From: an uncultured Rikenellaceae bacterium
GTDB lineage: Bacteria; Bacteroidota; Bacteroidia; Bacteroidales; VadinHA17
Direction of reading: 5' to 3'
Length of the DNA stretch: 64,000 bases
NCBI GenBank assembly: GCA_964526345.1
Contig: CAZGKI010000004.1
Span: forward strand, 8,694 to 72,693
The position numbers were made by a program, and so were the translations under genes. Below, piece by piece: positions 21,040 to 29,958 of the stretch. The notes beneath the pieces were generated by a model. The model ran no database searches. It saw only the letters and a list, made by a program, of their open reading frames with translations, and was not told where the DNA came from. The first letter of the stretch is position 1. The number at the start of each line of letters is the position of its first letter.

Positions 21040-22431
21040 CTACAAATTAATAACTTCACCATAGGCAGCAGCGGCTGCTTCCATAATGGCTTCTGACATA
21101 GTGGGATGTGGATGTACAGCTTTTATAATTTCATGACCTGTAGTCTCCAGCTTTCTGGCTACAACTATTTCCGCGATCATCTCCGTAACATTGGCTCCGA
21201 TCATATGAGCTCCCAGGAGTTCCCCGTAGGCTGAATCAAAAATAAGCTTCACAAATCCATCTTTTGTTCCTGCAGCACTTGCTTTACCTGATGCGCTAAA
21301 CGGGAATTTGCCAACCTTTATATCATACCCGGCTTCTCTGGCTGCCGCTTCCGTCATACCAACAGATGCAATCTCAGGATTAGTATATGTGCATGCCGGA
21401 ATATTATTATAATCAAGTGGTTCAACATCTTTCCCGGCCATCTTCTCAACGCAGATAATGCCTTCTGCAGAAGCTACATGTGCCAGTGCCGGACCATGTA
21501 CTATATCACCTATTGCAAATATTCCCTGTACTGAGGTCTGATAAAAATCATCAACAATTACTTTGCCCTTTTCAGTTTTTACGCCAGCAATTTCGAGACC
21601 AATACCTTCAATATTTGGTGTAATACCTACGGCGGAAAATACTACTTCTGCTTCGACTGTTTCAGTTCCCTTAGGTGTTTCTATTGAGACTTTGCATGTC
21701 TCTCCTGAAATGGCAACAGACTTAACTGTCGAATCTGTCATGATCTTCATTTTAAGCTTTCTGAACGACCTGTCAAGCTGCTTTGATACCTCTTCGTCTT
21801 CATTAGGTACAATTCTTGGAAGAAATTCAACAAGTGTAACCTCTGTTCCGATACTCTGGTAAAAATTTGCAAACTCGCTCCCAATAGCTCCTGATCCGAC
21901 AACTACCATCGATTCTGGTTGTTTGGGAAGGATCATTGCTTCTCTGTATCCGATAATTTTAATACCATCCTGTTTCAGATCAGGCAACTCCCTGGAACGG
22001 GCCCCTGTTGCCAGAATTATTTTTTTTGCCGTATATGATTTCCTGTTTCCGTCAGCATCTTCAACTTCAACACTACTTTTACCGGTAATCTTTCCGTGCC
22101 CTTTTAAATGCATTATATTATTCTTTTTAAAAAGGAACTGGACCCCTTTGCTCATACCAGCTGCAACGTTCCTGCTGCGGACAATCATCGCATTGAAGTC
22201 AACACTAGCTTTACCGTCCAGGGAGATGCCGTAATCCGAGGCATGGGTAAGGTATTCAAAAACCTGAGCACTCTTTAAAAGCGATTTTGTCGGTATACAT
22301 CCCCAGTTGAGACATATACCTCCCAGTTCCGCCTTTTCGACCACGGCTACTTTCATTTTTAACTGCGATGCCCTGATAGCGGCGACATAACCACCCGGAC
22401 CACTTCCAATAACTATAAGATCAAAATCCAT
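21040..22431 (-). CDS. lpdA: dihydrolipoyl dehydrogenase (E3)
   Basis: FAD motif 'VIGSGPGGYVAA'; redox disulfide 'GGICLNWGCIPTK'; C-terminal 'HPHPTMSE'. Confidence 0.9.
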   Translation of the reverse strand: MDFDLIVIGSGPGGYVAAIRASQLKMKVAVVEKAELGGICLNWGCIPTKSLLKSAQVFEYLTHASDYGISLDGKASVDFNAMIVRSRNVAAGMSKGVQFLFKKNNIMHLKGHGKITGKSSVEVEDADGNRKSYTAKKIILATGARSRELPDLKQDGIKIIGYREAMILPKQPESMVVVGSGAIGSEFANFYQSIGTEVTLVEFLPRIVPNEDEEVSKQLDRSFRKLKMKIMTDSTVKSVAISGETCKVSIETPKGTETVEAEVVFSAVGITPNIEGIGLEIAGVKTEKGKVIVDDFYQTSVQGIFAIGDIVHGPALAHVASAEGIICVEKMAGKDVEPLDYNNIPACTYTNPEIASVGMTEAAAREAGYDIKVGKFPFSASGKASAAGTKDGFVKLIFDSAYGELLGAHMIGANVTEMIAEIVVARKLETTGHEIIKAVHPHPTMSEAIMEAAAAAYGEVINL

Positions 22432-22574
22432 GATATCTATTTTAAATAGTAATAACCTGATTTACATAGTAATAACAATTTCTTAATAAATGGCAATGTA
22501 TACTATAAACATACTTCTAATTCATCTTTTAGTATAACATTCACCTTAACAAAATGAATTGTCTGAAAATCCAT

Positions 22575-23399
22575 TCAGGGTGATACCGGAACTTTCCGGA
22601 ACACACGATTAAGTCCTTTTGCGATGACCCAGATTAAAACAAGTGTAAAGATAATGGTAGCACCAACAGGAATACCGGCAAAATATGAAATGGTATATCC
22701 GGCAGAAGTACCTGCAAATCCGGCAATCACCGACCATATTAATATCCTTGAATAGACTTTTGTAAATATCATGGCAATGTTGGGAGGAATAGTCAGTAAT
22801 GAAAGCACCAGAACCACTCCTGCCATTCTAATATTCAGCACTATTGTAAGAGCAACCAGCGCTGTAGTGACATATTTGAATATATCGACAAAGGATGAAT
22901 AAGTTCGGGCAAATGATTCATCAAAAGAGATGTAAAGTATTGTACGGTAAAATGCCGAAAAATATATTATCAGGACAAAAGACATTATTCCAAGGGCAAC
23001 AATGTCGGCATATGTTACGGTCAGAATACTGCCAAAAAGATAACTCATAAGATCAGGAGCATAACCGGGAGTCAGGTATATGAAGATTATTCCTATAGCC
23101 ATTCCGAAAGCCCATAGAATACCTATTGCAGAATCTTCTCTTACCTTGTGCCTGACAGACAGATATTCAACCCCAAGGGCAGATAATATTCCAAAAATTG
23201 CTGCTCCCAGCACCGGATTGATTCCTGCAAAATAACCTATTCCGATTCCTCCAAATGAAGCATGAGTAATTCCTCCGCTGAGGAAAACCATCCTTCTGGA
23301 AACAATATATGTTCCTGCCAATCCGGCAGTTATACTAGCAAAAATAGCCCCGAGAAGACCTTTTATCACAAATTCGTATTGAAAAATATTCCCTTCCAC
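22575..23399 (-). CDS. znuB: metal (Zn/Mn-type) ABC transporter permease
   Basis: 274 aa, about 8 hydrophobic helices; directly abuts the ATPase gene (23399/23400). Confidence 0.75.
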   Translation of the reverse strand: MEGNIFQYEFVIKGLLGAIFASITAGLAGTYIVSRRMVFLSGGITHASFGGIGIGYFAGINPVLGAAIFGILSALGVEYLSVRHKVREDSAIGILWAFGMAIGIIFIYLTPGYAPDLMSYLFGSILTVTYADIVALGIMSFVLIIYFSAFYRTILYISFDESFARTYSSFVDIFKYVTTALVALTIVLNIRMAGVVLVLSLLTIPPNIAMIFTKVYSRILIWSVIAGFAGTSAGYTISYFAGIPVGATIIFTLVLIWVIAKGLNRVFRKVPVSP

Positions 23400-24146
23400 C
23401 TAGTTATGATATTTAAGTACAGTATGAGGAACTTGTCCGTGAGTAATCAGCTGTATCGGGCACCCATATGCAAGAAGCTGTTCATTTGTTATTTCAGATG
23501 ACGGATGGTAGTGAAGATCCCTGTTTACACAGGCATAGGATTTTACATGGGACGATATAATTCCTATATCGTGCGAAACCATCAATATAGCCATGCGCGA
23601 GTTAAGATCCTTAAGTTTGCCGTAAAAGTCATTTTCAAAAGTAGAGTCAACAAAATTGCCCGGCTCGTCCAGCAGTAATAATTTTGGATTGCCAATTATT
23701 GCCCTGCCAAGGAATACGCGTTGAAGCTGTCCTCCGGACAACTCGCTCAATGAGGCATGTTCCAGTCCCGAAAGGCCCAGCTCATCAATGATTTCCTGCG
23801 CCCTTTTTTTGTCGGAGAGAGACATCCGCGATAATATTTTCTTACACATCATCATTCCCGATAAGATGACATCAGTGACAGTTACGGGATATTGAACATC
23901 GCCGGTTGATATCTGAGGCAGATAACCTGTTTTATTTCCGCTCAGAAGCTCGCTGCTGAATATTATCTTTCCTTTTAAAGGTTTGATCAGTCCGAGTATT
24001 AATCTGAGCAATGTTGTTTTGCCCCCGCCATTAGGACCAATTACTCCGATAAAATCACTTTCGCTTACTTTGAAATTGATATCATGAAGCACAACGCCAG
24101 CTCCATATGAGGCTGATATTGAATGCATTTCAAGTAATGTAGTCAT
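23400..24146 (-). CDS. znuC: metal (Zn/Mn-type) ABC transporter ATP-binding protein
   Basis: Walker A 'GPNGGGKTTLL'; signature 'LSGGQLQR'; Walker B 'LLLLDEP'. Confidence 0.8.
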   Translation of the reverse strand: MTTLLEMHSISASYGAGVVLHDINFKVSESDFIGVIGPNGGGKTTLLRLILGLIKPLKGKIIFSSELLSGNKTGYLPQISTGDVQYPVTVTDVILSGMMMCKKILSRMSLSDKKRAQEIIDELGLSGLEHASLSELSGGQLQRVFLGRAIIGNPKLLLLDEPGNFVDSTFENDFYGKLKDLNSRMAILMVSHDIGIISSHVKSYACVNRDLHYHPSSEITNEQLLAYGCPIQLITHGQVPHTVLKYHN

Positions 24147-24155
24147 ATTTTCAGA

Positions 24156-25028
24156 TCATTTACGACTTTTAATAAAACTGCTGTCAAGAGCATTTATAGT
24201 CTCAAGGCTCGACTTCATCCAGTCTTCCGACAGAGGGTCTATGGTCTTAATCTCAGCTCCTATCTCTCCGGCAATCGCCCTGGCATTTTTGGCATCATGC
24301 TCTTTTTGCACAAAAATTGTTTTAATGTTCCTCTCCTGTGCGAGGTCAATAAGATACTTCATCCTCGAAGGTGTAGGTTCCTTACCTTCAAATTCCACAG
24401 CTATCTCTTCGAGGTTATAATCTCTTGCAAGATATGCAAGGTTTGGATGATAGATCATAAACGATCTGCCGGGAAATTCTGAAAAGAGAGTGCTGGCTAC
24501 GCTGTCAACCTCATTAATACTGTGAATCAAAGTATTATAGTTAGATCCATATTTTTCTTTTTTATCAGGATTAAGGTTACTTAGCAAATCTTTTATTGAT
24601 GCGGCAATTATTTTTGCTGACTTTGGAGAAACCCAGTAATGTGGATCACGGCTCTCAAAATGGTCATTTCCATGGTCATCATCTGATACAATAGGGGTAA
24701 TTTTGTCTCCCAGAGATAATTTTACCATTTTTTTATTGGTCTCATAAAACTTTTCAAGCCACGTATTCTCAAAACCCATAAATCCGTCACTGATATATGC
24801 TACTGATTTTCTCAACTTGTTCACCTGTTCCGGGTAAGGCTCATAAATATGAGGATTGGAGCCCGGAGGGACCATTATATTCACTTTAAAATCACCCCCC
24901 GATATCCTGTCAACAAAATATTTAAAGGGAGCAATGCTGACAGTTATCATCTCTGCGCCTGTTTCCTGAGAGGTGTGGCTGCAGGCAGTTGCAATAATGA
25001 TTGCAAGCAGTATGATTATTTTTTTCAT
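24156..25028 (-). CDS. znuA: metal ABC transporter substrate-binding lipoprotein (ZnuA-like)
   Basis: Lipobox 'IATAC'; cluster-9 SBP fold motifs. The acidic/His-rich loop 'SDDDHGNDHFESRDPHYW' favours zinc. Confidence 0.75.
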   Translation of the reverse strand: MKKIIILLAIIIATACSHTSQETGAEMITVSIAPFKYFVDRISGGDFKVNIMVPPGSNPHIYEPYPEQVNKLRKSVAYISDGFMGFENTWLEKFYETNKKMVKLSLGDKITPIVSDDDHGNDHFESRDPHYWVSPKSAKIIAASIKDLLSNLNPDKKEKYGSNYNTLIHSINEVDSVASTLFSEFPGRSFMIYHPNLAYLARDYNLEEIAVEFEGKEPTPSRMKYLIDLAQERNIKTIFVQKEHDAKNARAIAGEIGAEIKTIDPLSEDWMKSSLETINALDSSFIKSRK

Positions 25029-25144
25029 CAGGCGCTAATATTAACACAGAATACAAATTTAACATATAACAGAACAAAAGGTTTATGTGTTGTAAATAAA
25101 ATAATATAAGCTATTTTTGAGTTCGAAAAATCGGAACAGACCGG

Positions 25145-25636
25145 ATGAAGAATAAAGGAGAGATACTTGCAGTAATTCTTAATAACTACAAAGACTGCTA
25201 TTTCTTCCTCCATAATACTAAAGACTTTAGTACCGTGGAAAAGATTATGAATGAAGGATTTATCTTTGAAAGCCAGCTCCCTCATTCTACAGACCGCGTC
25301 AATCCTGGCGAACCAATTGAGATAACCTATTTTCTGTTCCAGAGGAAAGACTATGGCTTGTTTACTATCATAATTGCTATCCCGAAAAAGATCTATGAAC
25401 ATTATTCTGTGATCTCAAATGAAAATGACTCCGGGATCGAAGAAGTATTAACTATAACTGATCCATACTTTGGCGACAATGACGAGCTGATATATACCAT
25501 TTCTCCAAAACATATTCTGGGATATTTTAACAACATTACTGCTGAATTTTATCAAAACCCGAACTGGGACCCAGCCTTTAATAATTGCCTTTTTAGAACC
25601 CCTGCAAAAAAGAGGAGCAAACATGGCAAGCAATAA
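25145..25636 (+). CDS. hypothetical cytoplasmic protein (163 aa), family not recognised
   Basis: No signal peptide or TM; balanced amino-acid composition, unlike the competing antisense ORF 25028-25402; basic tail 'AKKRSKHGKQ'. Confidence 0.5.
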   Translation: MKNKGEILAVILNNYKDCYFFLHNTKDFSTVEKIMNEGFIFESQLPHSTDRVNPGEPIEITYFLFQRKDYGLFTIIIAIPKKIYEHYSVISNENDSGIEEVLTITDPYFGDNDELIYTISPKHILGYFNNITAEFYQNPNWDPAFNNCLFRTPAKKRSKHGKQ

Positions 25637-25652
25637 ACAAAACTTACCAATT

Positions 25653-27299
25653 ATGAAAATCCTGTTCAGAATCTTGTTACTTACCGTTGCCGGAAGTATT
25701 TTTCACAATCCGGCCCTGGCACAGAATCAATATACTGATTATAAAACAACACTGCAGAAAATTGATGCTCTGGTTAAAAGCTATTCTTCTTTGTGTTCGG
25801 CAAAATCGCTTACAAAGAGTGCCGGTGGTAAAGACATTATGGTTCTTACTATCGGGACGGGAGACAAGGATAACAAACCCGGCATTGCTGTAATAGGCGG
25901 TGTGGAAGGCAATTATATTCTTGGAAAAGAACTGGCTCTGGGGTTTGCAGCATCACTGCTCAAAGAAGCATCCTCCGATGAAATTAAAAAGCTGCTGTCT
26001 CAGGTAACGTTTTATGTTTTCCCTGATGTAAGTCCCGATGCTACTGAACAATTTTTTTCAAAATTAAAATACGAAAGGATAACAAATGCGAGACCTGTCG
26101 ACGATGACAGAGACTTTACCCTCGATGAAGATCCTTATGAAGATCTTAATAATGATGGGTATATCACGATCATTCGTGTTTCGGATCCGTCGGGCACATA
26201 CATCGAAAGTGAAGACGACAAGAGAATATTAGTTCCTGCTGATCTCTCTAAAGGGCAGCAGGGAGCATACTTTATATATTCAGAAGGAATTGATAACGAT
26301 AAGGATGGAAATTATAATGAAGATGGGCCAGGGGGTGTCTGCTTCAACAGGAATCTTACATTCAATTATGAAGAGTTTGGCACTTATGCAGGTCTTTATC
26401 CGGTTTCAGAACCAGAGACGCGGGCTGTCCTTGATTTCCTTTTTGATCATTTCAATATATATTTAACATTTGCTTTCGGGCCACAGGATAACCTTGGACA
26501 GCCTCAAAAATCCAGTGAACGCACTCCCCCTTCAACAGGACAGGGGGAAATGCGCAGGCAGAACAAGAAAATAACTTCCATTCAGAAATCTGATGAGATA
26601 ATCAATAAGCTGGTATCCGACAAATATCATGAAATTACCGGGATTAAAGGCGCTCCTCCGGCCAGACAGGATCCGGGCAATTTTATGGACTGGTCGTACT
26701 TCCATTACGGCAGGTACAGTTTCAGCACACCCGGATGGTGGTTCCCCACAGAAAAAGATAAGAACCCGGAAATAACTTTTCTGAAATACGCAGCTGAGAA
26801 CAAGATGGATGATGTATTTGTTCCGTGGACTGAAGTAAAAGATCCGGATTTTCAGGGTAAGAATACTGAAATCGGAGGAATAAAACCTTTTGTAATGATC
26901 AATCCTCCGGTCGAAAAGATTGATGAGCTTGTTCAGGCAAATTACAAATTTATCACACTGGTCGCTGCTATGCATCCTGAACTGGAATTCCTTGATCTGA
27001 AGACCGAGAATATAGGCGATGATGTCTTCAGGCTGACACTGAAGGTTCATAATAAAGGGATCTTTGCAACATGTACCGAAGCGGGCGACAGAAACATGTG
27101 GACCAGGATTATGAGAATGACACTGGAGCCCTCAAAATCTCAAAAACTCATCAGTGGCCAGAAGGTGCAGAGAATTCCCAGGCTGGAAGGAGATAAGTCG
27201 CAGGAATTCAGCTGGCTGCTCACAGGGAAAGGTAGTGTGAAAATCACTGCCGGAGCCTTGAACACAGGGTTCATTACCACAACAGCCGAACTTAAATAA
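25653..27299 (+). CDS. secreted M14-like pseudo-carboxypeptidase (zinc and catalytic residues all substituted)
   Basis: Signal peptide 'MKILFRILLLTVAGSIFHNPALAQ' (start at the ATG at 25653). Collinear with the downstream M14 protein, but HxxE reads 'EGNY', the second His is Gly ('AFGPQ') and the catalytic Glu is Pro ('FSTPGWW'). Confidence 0.7.
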   Translation: MKILFRILLLTVAGSIFHNPALAQNQYTDYKTTLQKIDALVKSYSSLCSAKSLTKSAGGKDIMVLTIGTGDKDNKPGIAVIGGVEGNYILGKELALGFAASLLKEASSDEIKKLLSQVTFYVFPDVSPDATEQFFSKLKYERITNARPVDDDRDFTLDEDPYEDLNNDGYITIIRVSDPSGTYIESEDDKRILVPADLSKGQQGAYFIYSEGIDNDKDGNYNEDGPGGVCFNRNLTFNYEEFGTYAGLYPVSEPETRAVLDFLFDHFNIYLTFAFGPQDNLGQPQKSSERTPPSTGQGEMRRQNKKITSIQKSDEIINKLVSDKYHEITGIKGAPPARQDPGNFMDWSYFHYGRYSFSTPGWWFPTEKDKNPEITFLKYAAENKMDDVFVPWTEVKDPDFQGKNTEIGGIKPFVMINPPVEKIDELVQANYKFITLVAAMHPELEFLDLKTENIGDDVFRLTLKVHNKGIFATCTEAGDRNMWTRIMRMTLEPSKSQKLISGQKVQRIPRLEGDKSQEFSWLLTGKGSVKITAGALNTGFITTTAELK

Positions 27300-27320
27300 T
27301 TAATTCAAACAAGGTTCATC

Positions 27321-29042
27321 ATGAAGAAATATATTACATCCTCTATATTTTCGTTTTTTCTGGTTATTCTGTCAAATCCTGCATTCACACAGAACGACGT
27401 GTTATTTTTTAAAGCTGCAGGCACACCGGCAAATACTAAAGTCCAGATTTCCTGGGACAGATATTACACACACGCCGGAATAACCGATATCTGCAAAAAA
27501 CTGGCTTCTGCATATCCTGATCTTGTTACTCTTAAATCAATGGGAAAATCTTACCAGGGAAGGGATCTCTGGGTAATGATAATTTCAGATAAGAAGGAAG
27601 GCAATCCTGATCAGAAGCCAGGATTTTGGATCGACGGGAATATACATTCGATAGAGATCCAGGGCTCCGAGATGGCAATGTACACAGCCTGGTATCTGTG
27701 TGAAATGTACGATGAAAATGAATTTATCCGTCAGCTTTTAAAGGATAAAACCTTTTATATTGCTCCAACCATCAATCCGGATGCACGCGATTATTTTGCC
27801 AATGTAGGCATACCTCCACGTTCTGGTCTCATGCCCTGGGACGACGACCGTGACGGACTTTATGATGAGGATGGATATGACGACATGAACGGCGATAAGA
27901 ATATCAGCATGATGAGAAGAAAAAATCCTGATGGCAGATATGTAGCTGATCCAAAGGATCCACGCAGGATGATCCGTGTTGAGCCCGGAGAAAAAGGTGA
28001 ATATGAAATTCTTGGGATGGAAGGAATTGATAATGATGGAGATGGTCTTGTCAATGAAGATGGTCCGGGTGGATACGACGGTAATCGCGACTGGGGTTTT
28101 AACTGGGAGCCAGAATATGTCCAGGGTGGTGCAAATAAGTATCCTTTTTCAGAGCCAGAGAACCAGGCGGTCCGCGATTTCATAATCAGCCACAGGAACA
28201 TTACCGGAGCTCAATCATTTCATAATTCAGGAGGCTTGATACTCAGAGGGCCTTCAATACAGGGAGGCGGTGCAGAAGTATATAGCCGCAGCGATGATGC
28301 TGTGATAAATGCCATCGGAAAGAAAGGTGAAGAGATAATCCCCGGCTATAAGTTCATAACAATCTGGAAGGATATGTATACTGTTTATGGGGGAGAACTT
28401 GACTGGTGGTACGGTGCCATGGGCTGTTTTGTCTTCTCCAATGAATTATGGAACAGCTATCTTATGTTTTATGATACAACAAATACCGATCAGTATGAGT
28501 TCGATAAGCTCTTACTTTATGGAGACGGATTTATTCCATGGCAGAAAATAAATCACCCGGTCTATGGTGAAGTGGAAATAGGCGGCTTCAGCAAGATGCT
28601 GGGACGTATTCACCCCGGATTCATGCTCGAGACAGATGCCCACCGTAACGCTGCTTTTTGCATTTACAATGCGTACCAGACCCCTAAGCTGGAAGTTACC
28701 AGTGTAAGTGTAAAGAAGCTTGCCGGAGGTCTTAAGGAAGTAACTGCAACAGTAGCTAACAGAAGGATGATTCCGACTCATTCAGCAGATAATCTGAAAT
28801 ATAAAATCGATCCGCCCGATTATGTATCCATTGATGGGGGAACTGTTATTGCCGGTATGATAGTTGAAGACAAAGATTTTGATCTTTCGCGGGAACAGAA
28901 AAGAAACCCTCAACGGCTTGAGGTCTCAAATATCCCGGGGTATCAGCATGTAGATCTTAAATGGATCGTAAAAGGCGGGACAAAATTTAATATTAAGGTC
29001 GAAAGTGTTAAAGGCGGCCGTGCAACAGCGGTAGCAGAATAA
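27321..29042 (+). CDS. secreted M14-family zinc carboxypeptidase
   Basis: Signal peptide; 'DGNIHSIEIQG' (HxxE), 'NPDARD', 'SFHNSGG', 'FSNELW'; acidic DxDxDG-type inserts. Confidence 0.85.
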   Translation: MKKYITSSIFSFFLVILSNPAFTQNDVLFFKAAGTPANTKVQISWDRYYTHAGITDICKKLASAYPDLVTLKSMGKSYQGRDLWVMIISDKKEGNPDQKPGFWIDGNIHSIEIQGSEMAMYTAWYLCEMYDENEFIRQLLKDKTFYIAPTINPDARDYFANVGIPPRSGLMPWDDDRDGLYDEDGYDDMNGDKNISMMRRKNPDGRYVADPKDPRRMIRVEPGEKGEYEILGMEGIDNDGDGLVNEDGPGGYDGNRDWGFNWEPEYVQGGANKYPFSEPENQAVRDFIISHRNITGAQSFHNSGGLILRGPSIQGGGAEVYSRSDDAVINAIGKKGEEIIPGYKFITIWKDMYTVYGGELDWWYGAMGCFVFSNELWNSYLMFYDTTNTDQYEFDKLLLYGDGFIPWQKINHPVYGEVEIGGFSKMLGRIHPGFMLETDAHRNAAFCIYNAYQTPKLEVTSVSVKKLAGGLKEVTATVANRRMIPTHSADNLKYKIDPPDYVSIDGGTVIAGMIVEDKDFDLSREQKRNPQRLEVSNIPGYQHVDLKWIVKGGTKFNIKVESVKGGRATAVAE

Positions 29043-29073
29043 AAAAAGGCCGGCCCCCTTGCCAGCCTTTTTT
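29041..29073. terminator. bidirectional rho-independent terminator between convergent genes
   Basis: A7-GGCCGGC-cccctt-GCCAGCC-T6: a 7-bp GC stem with one mismatch, flanked by an A-run and a T-run. Confidence 0.55.
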
Positions 29074-29113
29074 CAAAAGGAATGAAAATAAACCGTCATA
29101 AGACGTGCGAAAA

Positions 29114-29809
29114 CTAATATGTCTGAAGAGATATTTTGAAGTAACCGGTTGCCTTTGATGCACTTATATCAAACTTCCATGCACCTGCTTTATCTTTGTT
29201 TTCGGTATCGGAAATTGTAAATGTCTTCCTCCAGTTAAGGTTGCCGAATTCATCAATCAATATATTAGAATAGGTCTTTCCGTTGGGCATTATGATCTTT
29301 ATCCTTATTTCACCGGACTTGCAATCACCGTTTACTGACATCACGACTGTATTCGCAGTTGACTCCACATCAAAGGTGTAGTCTCTTGAAAATGAGGTTT
29401 CTTTAACTGACTTGGAAAAATCCCACGTGGTCCTTTCTGTATCACCATTAAATGGACGCCAGTTAAAATCCATCCCCGGTGTAACAATAAACGGTTCACC
29501 TCTGTAGACCTGCCTGTCTCCACGCTCATTTTCATAAATCCTTATAACTTTGTCAGCATCATCAACTTTGACTTTTGCATTCTCCAAAGCTTCCTGCAGA
29601 ATCTTTTTCTGATCCTCCGCTGACTGTTGCATATCTTTCTGAGCTTTCTGCTGTTCCACGAATGCCCTTTTCTGTGCATCAATGGTCTCCTGCATACGAA
29701 GCTCTTTCTCCTTATCTTCTTTTGACTTATCCTGCGCATTTAAACTCTGCAGAGAAAATCCCATTGAAATAAGAAGAATAATTGTTAATATTAAAGTGCT
29801 TCTTTTCAT
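29114..29809 (-). CDS. secreted hypothetical protein (K/E/Q-rich coiled-coil segment plus beta-rich C-terminal domain)
   Basis: Signal peptide 'LILTIILLISMGFSLQSLNAQ'. Residues ~25-85 are a charged helical repeat. No family recognised. Confidence 0.6.
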   Translation of the reverse strand: MKRSTLILTIILLISMGFSLQSLNAQDKSKEDKEKELRMQETIDAQKRAFVEQQKAQKDMQQSAEDQKKILQEALENAKVKVDDADKVIRIYENERGDRQVYRGEPFIVTPGMDFNWRPFNGDTERTTWDFSKSVKETSFSRDYTFDVESTANTVVMSVNGDCKSGEIRIKIIMPNGKTYSNILIDEFGNLNWRKTFTISDTENKDKAGAWKFDISASKATGYFKISLQTY

Positions 29810-29836
29810 GACTGCCTTTTTTTACGTTAGGTATTT

Positions 29837-29844
29837 CAAAGATA
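29837..29844 (-). promoter_or_regulatory. candidate Bacteroidota -7 box (TATCTTTG on the minus strand) for the 29809 gene
   Basis: Matches TAnnTTTG; 28 nt upstream of the ATG at 29809. Confidence 0.4.
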
Positions 29845-29866
29845 GTACCAATTTATCACTCATTTT

Positions 29867-29895
29867 GTTAACGCAAGGTTAACGCACGGTTAATG
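29867..29895. promoter_or_regulatory. three direct repeats with 11-bp phasing (candidate OmpR-family response-regulator site)
   Basis: GTTAACGCAAG / GTTAACGCACG / GTTAATG start at 29867, 29878 and 29889. They lie between two divergent -7 boxes. Confidence 0.45.
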
Positions 29896-29932
29896 TTTTC
29901 CCTGATTGCTCCCTTTAATCAATTAAAATGAA

Positions 29933-29940
29933 TATTTTTG
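29933..29940 (+). promoter_or_regulatory. candidate Bacteroidota -7 box (TATTTTTG) for the histidine kinase operon
   Basis: Matches TAnnTTTG; 19 nt upstream of the ATG at 29959. Confidence 0.4.
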
Positions 29941-29958
29941 ATCGGAAAAACATAAAAA

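Noticed and set aside
25029-25144. A search for a Zur/Fur-type operator palindrome between znuA and the M14 cluster.
   Set aside because: Only weak, imperfect inverted repeats were found (AACACA...TGTGTT; AACATATAAC...GTTTATGTGTT). Nothing is convincing enough to call.
25028-25402. A minus-strand 124-aa ORF whose stop overlaps the znuA start as TGATG. It could be a coupled upstream gene, for example a Zur-like regulator.
   Set aside because: The composition is F/I/L/V/C/K-heavy, typical of an AT-rich antisense shadow. There are no Fur-family motifs. The plus-strand 163-aa ORF looks more protein-like. The conflict is noted in the findings, because I cannot fully exclude this ORF.
26532-27050. 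A 172-aa antisense ORF inside the pseudo-M14 gene. Similar long antisense or alternate-frame ORFs occur at 33649-34089, 8844-9287, 17715-18155, 661-963, 42168-42527 and 60229-60639.
   Set aside because: All lie wholly within well-supported genes, have skewed compositions and lack independent start, promoter or terminator signals. They are treated as frame shadows.
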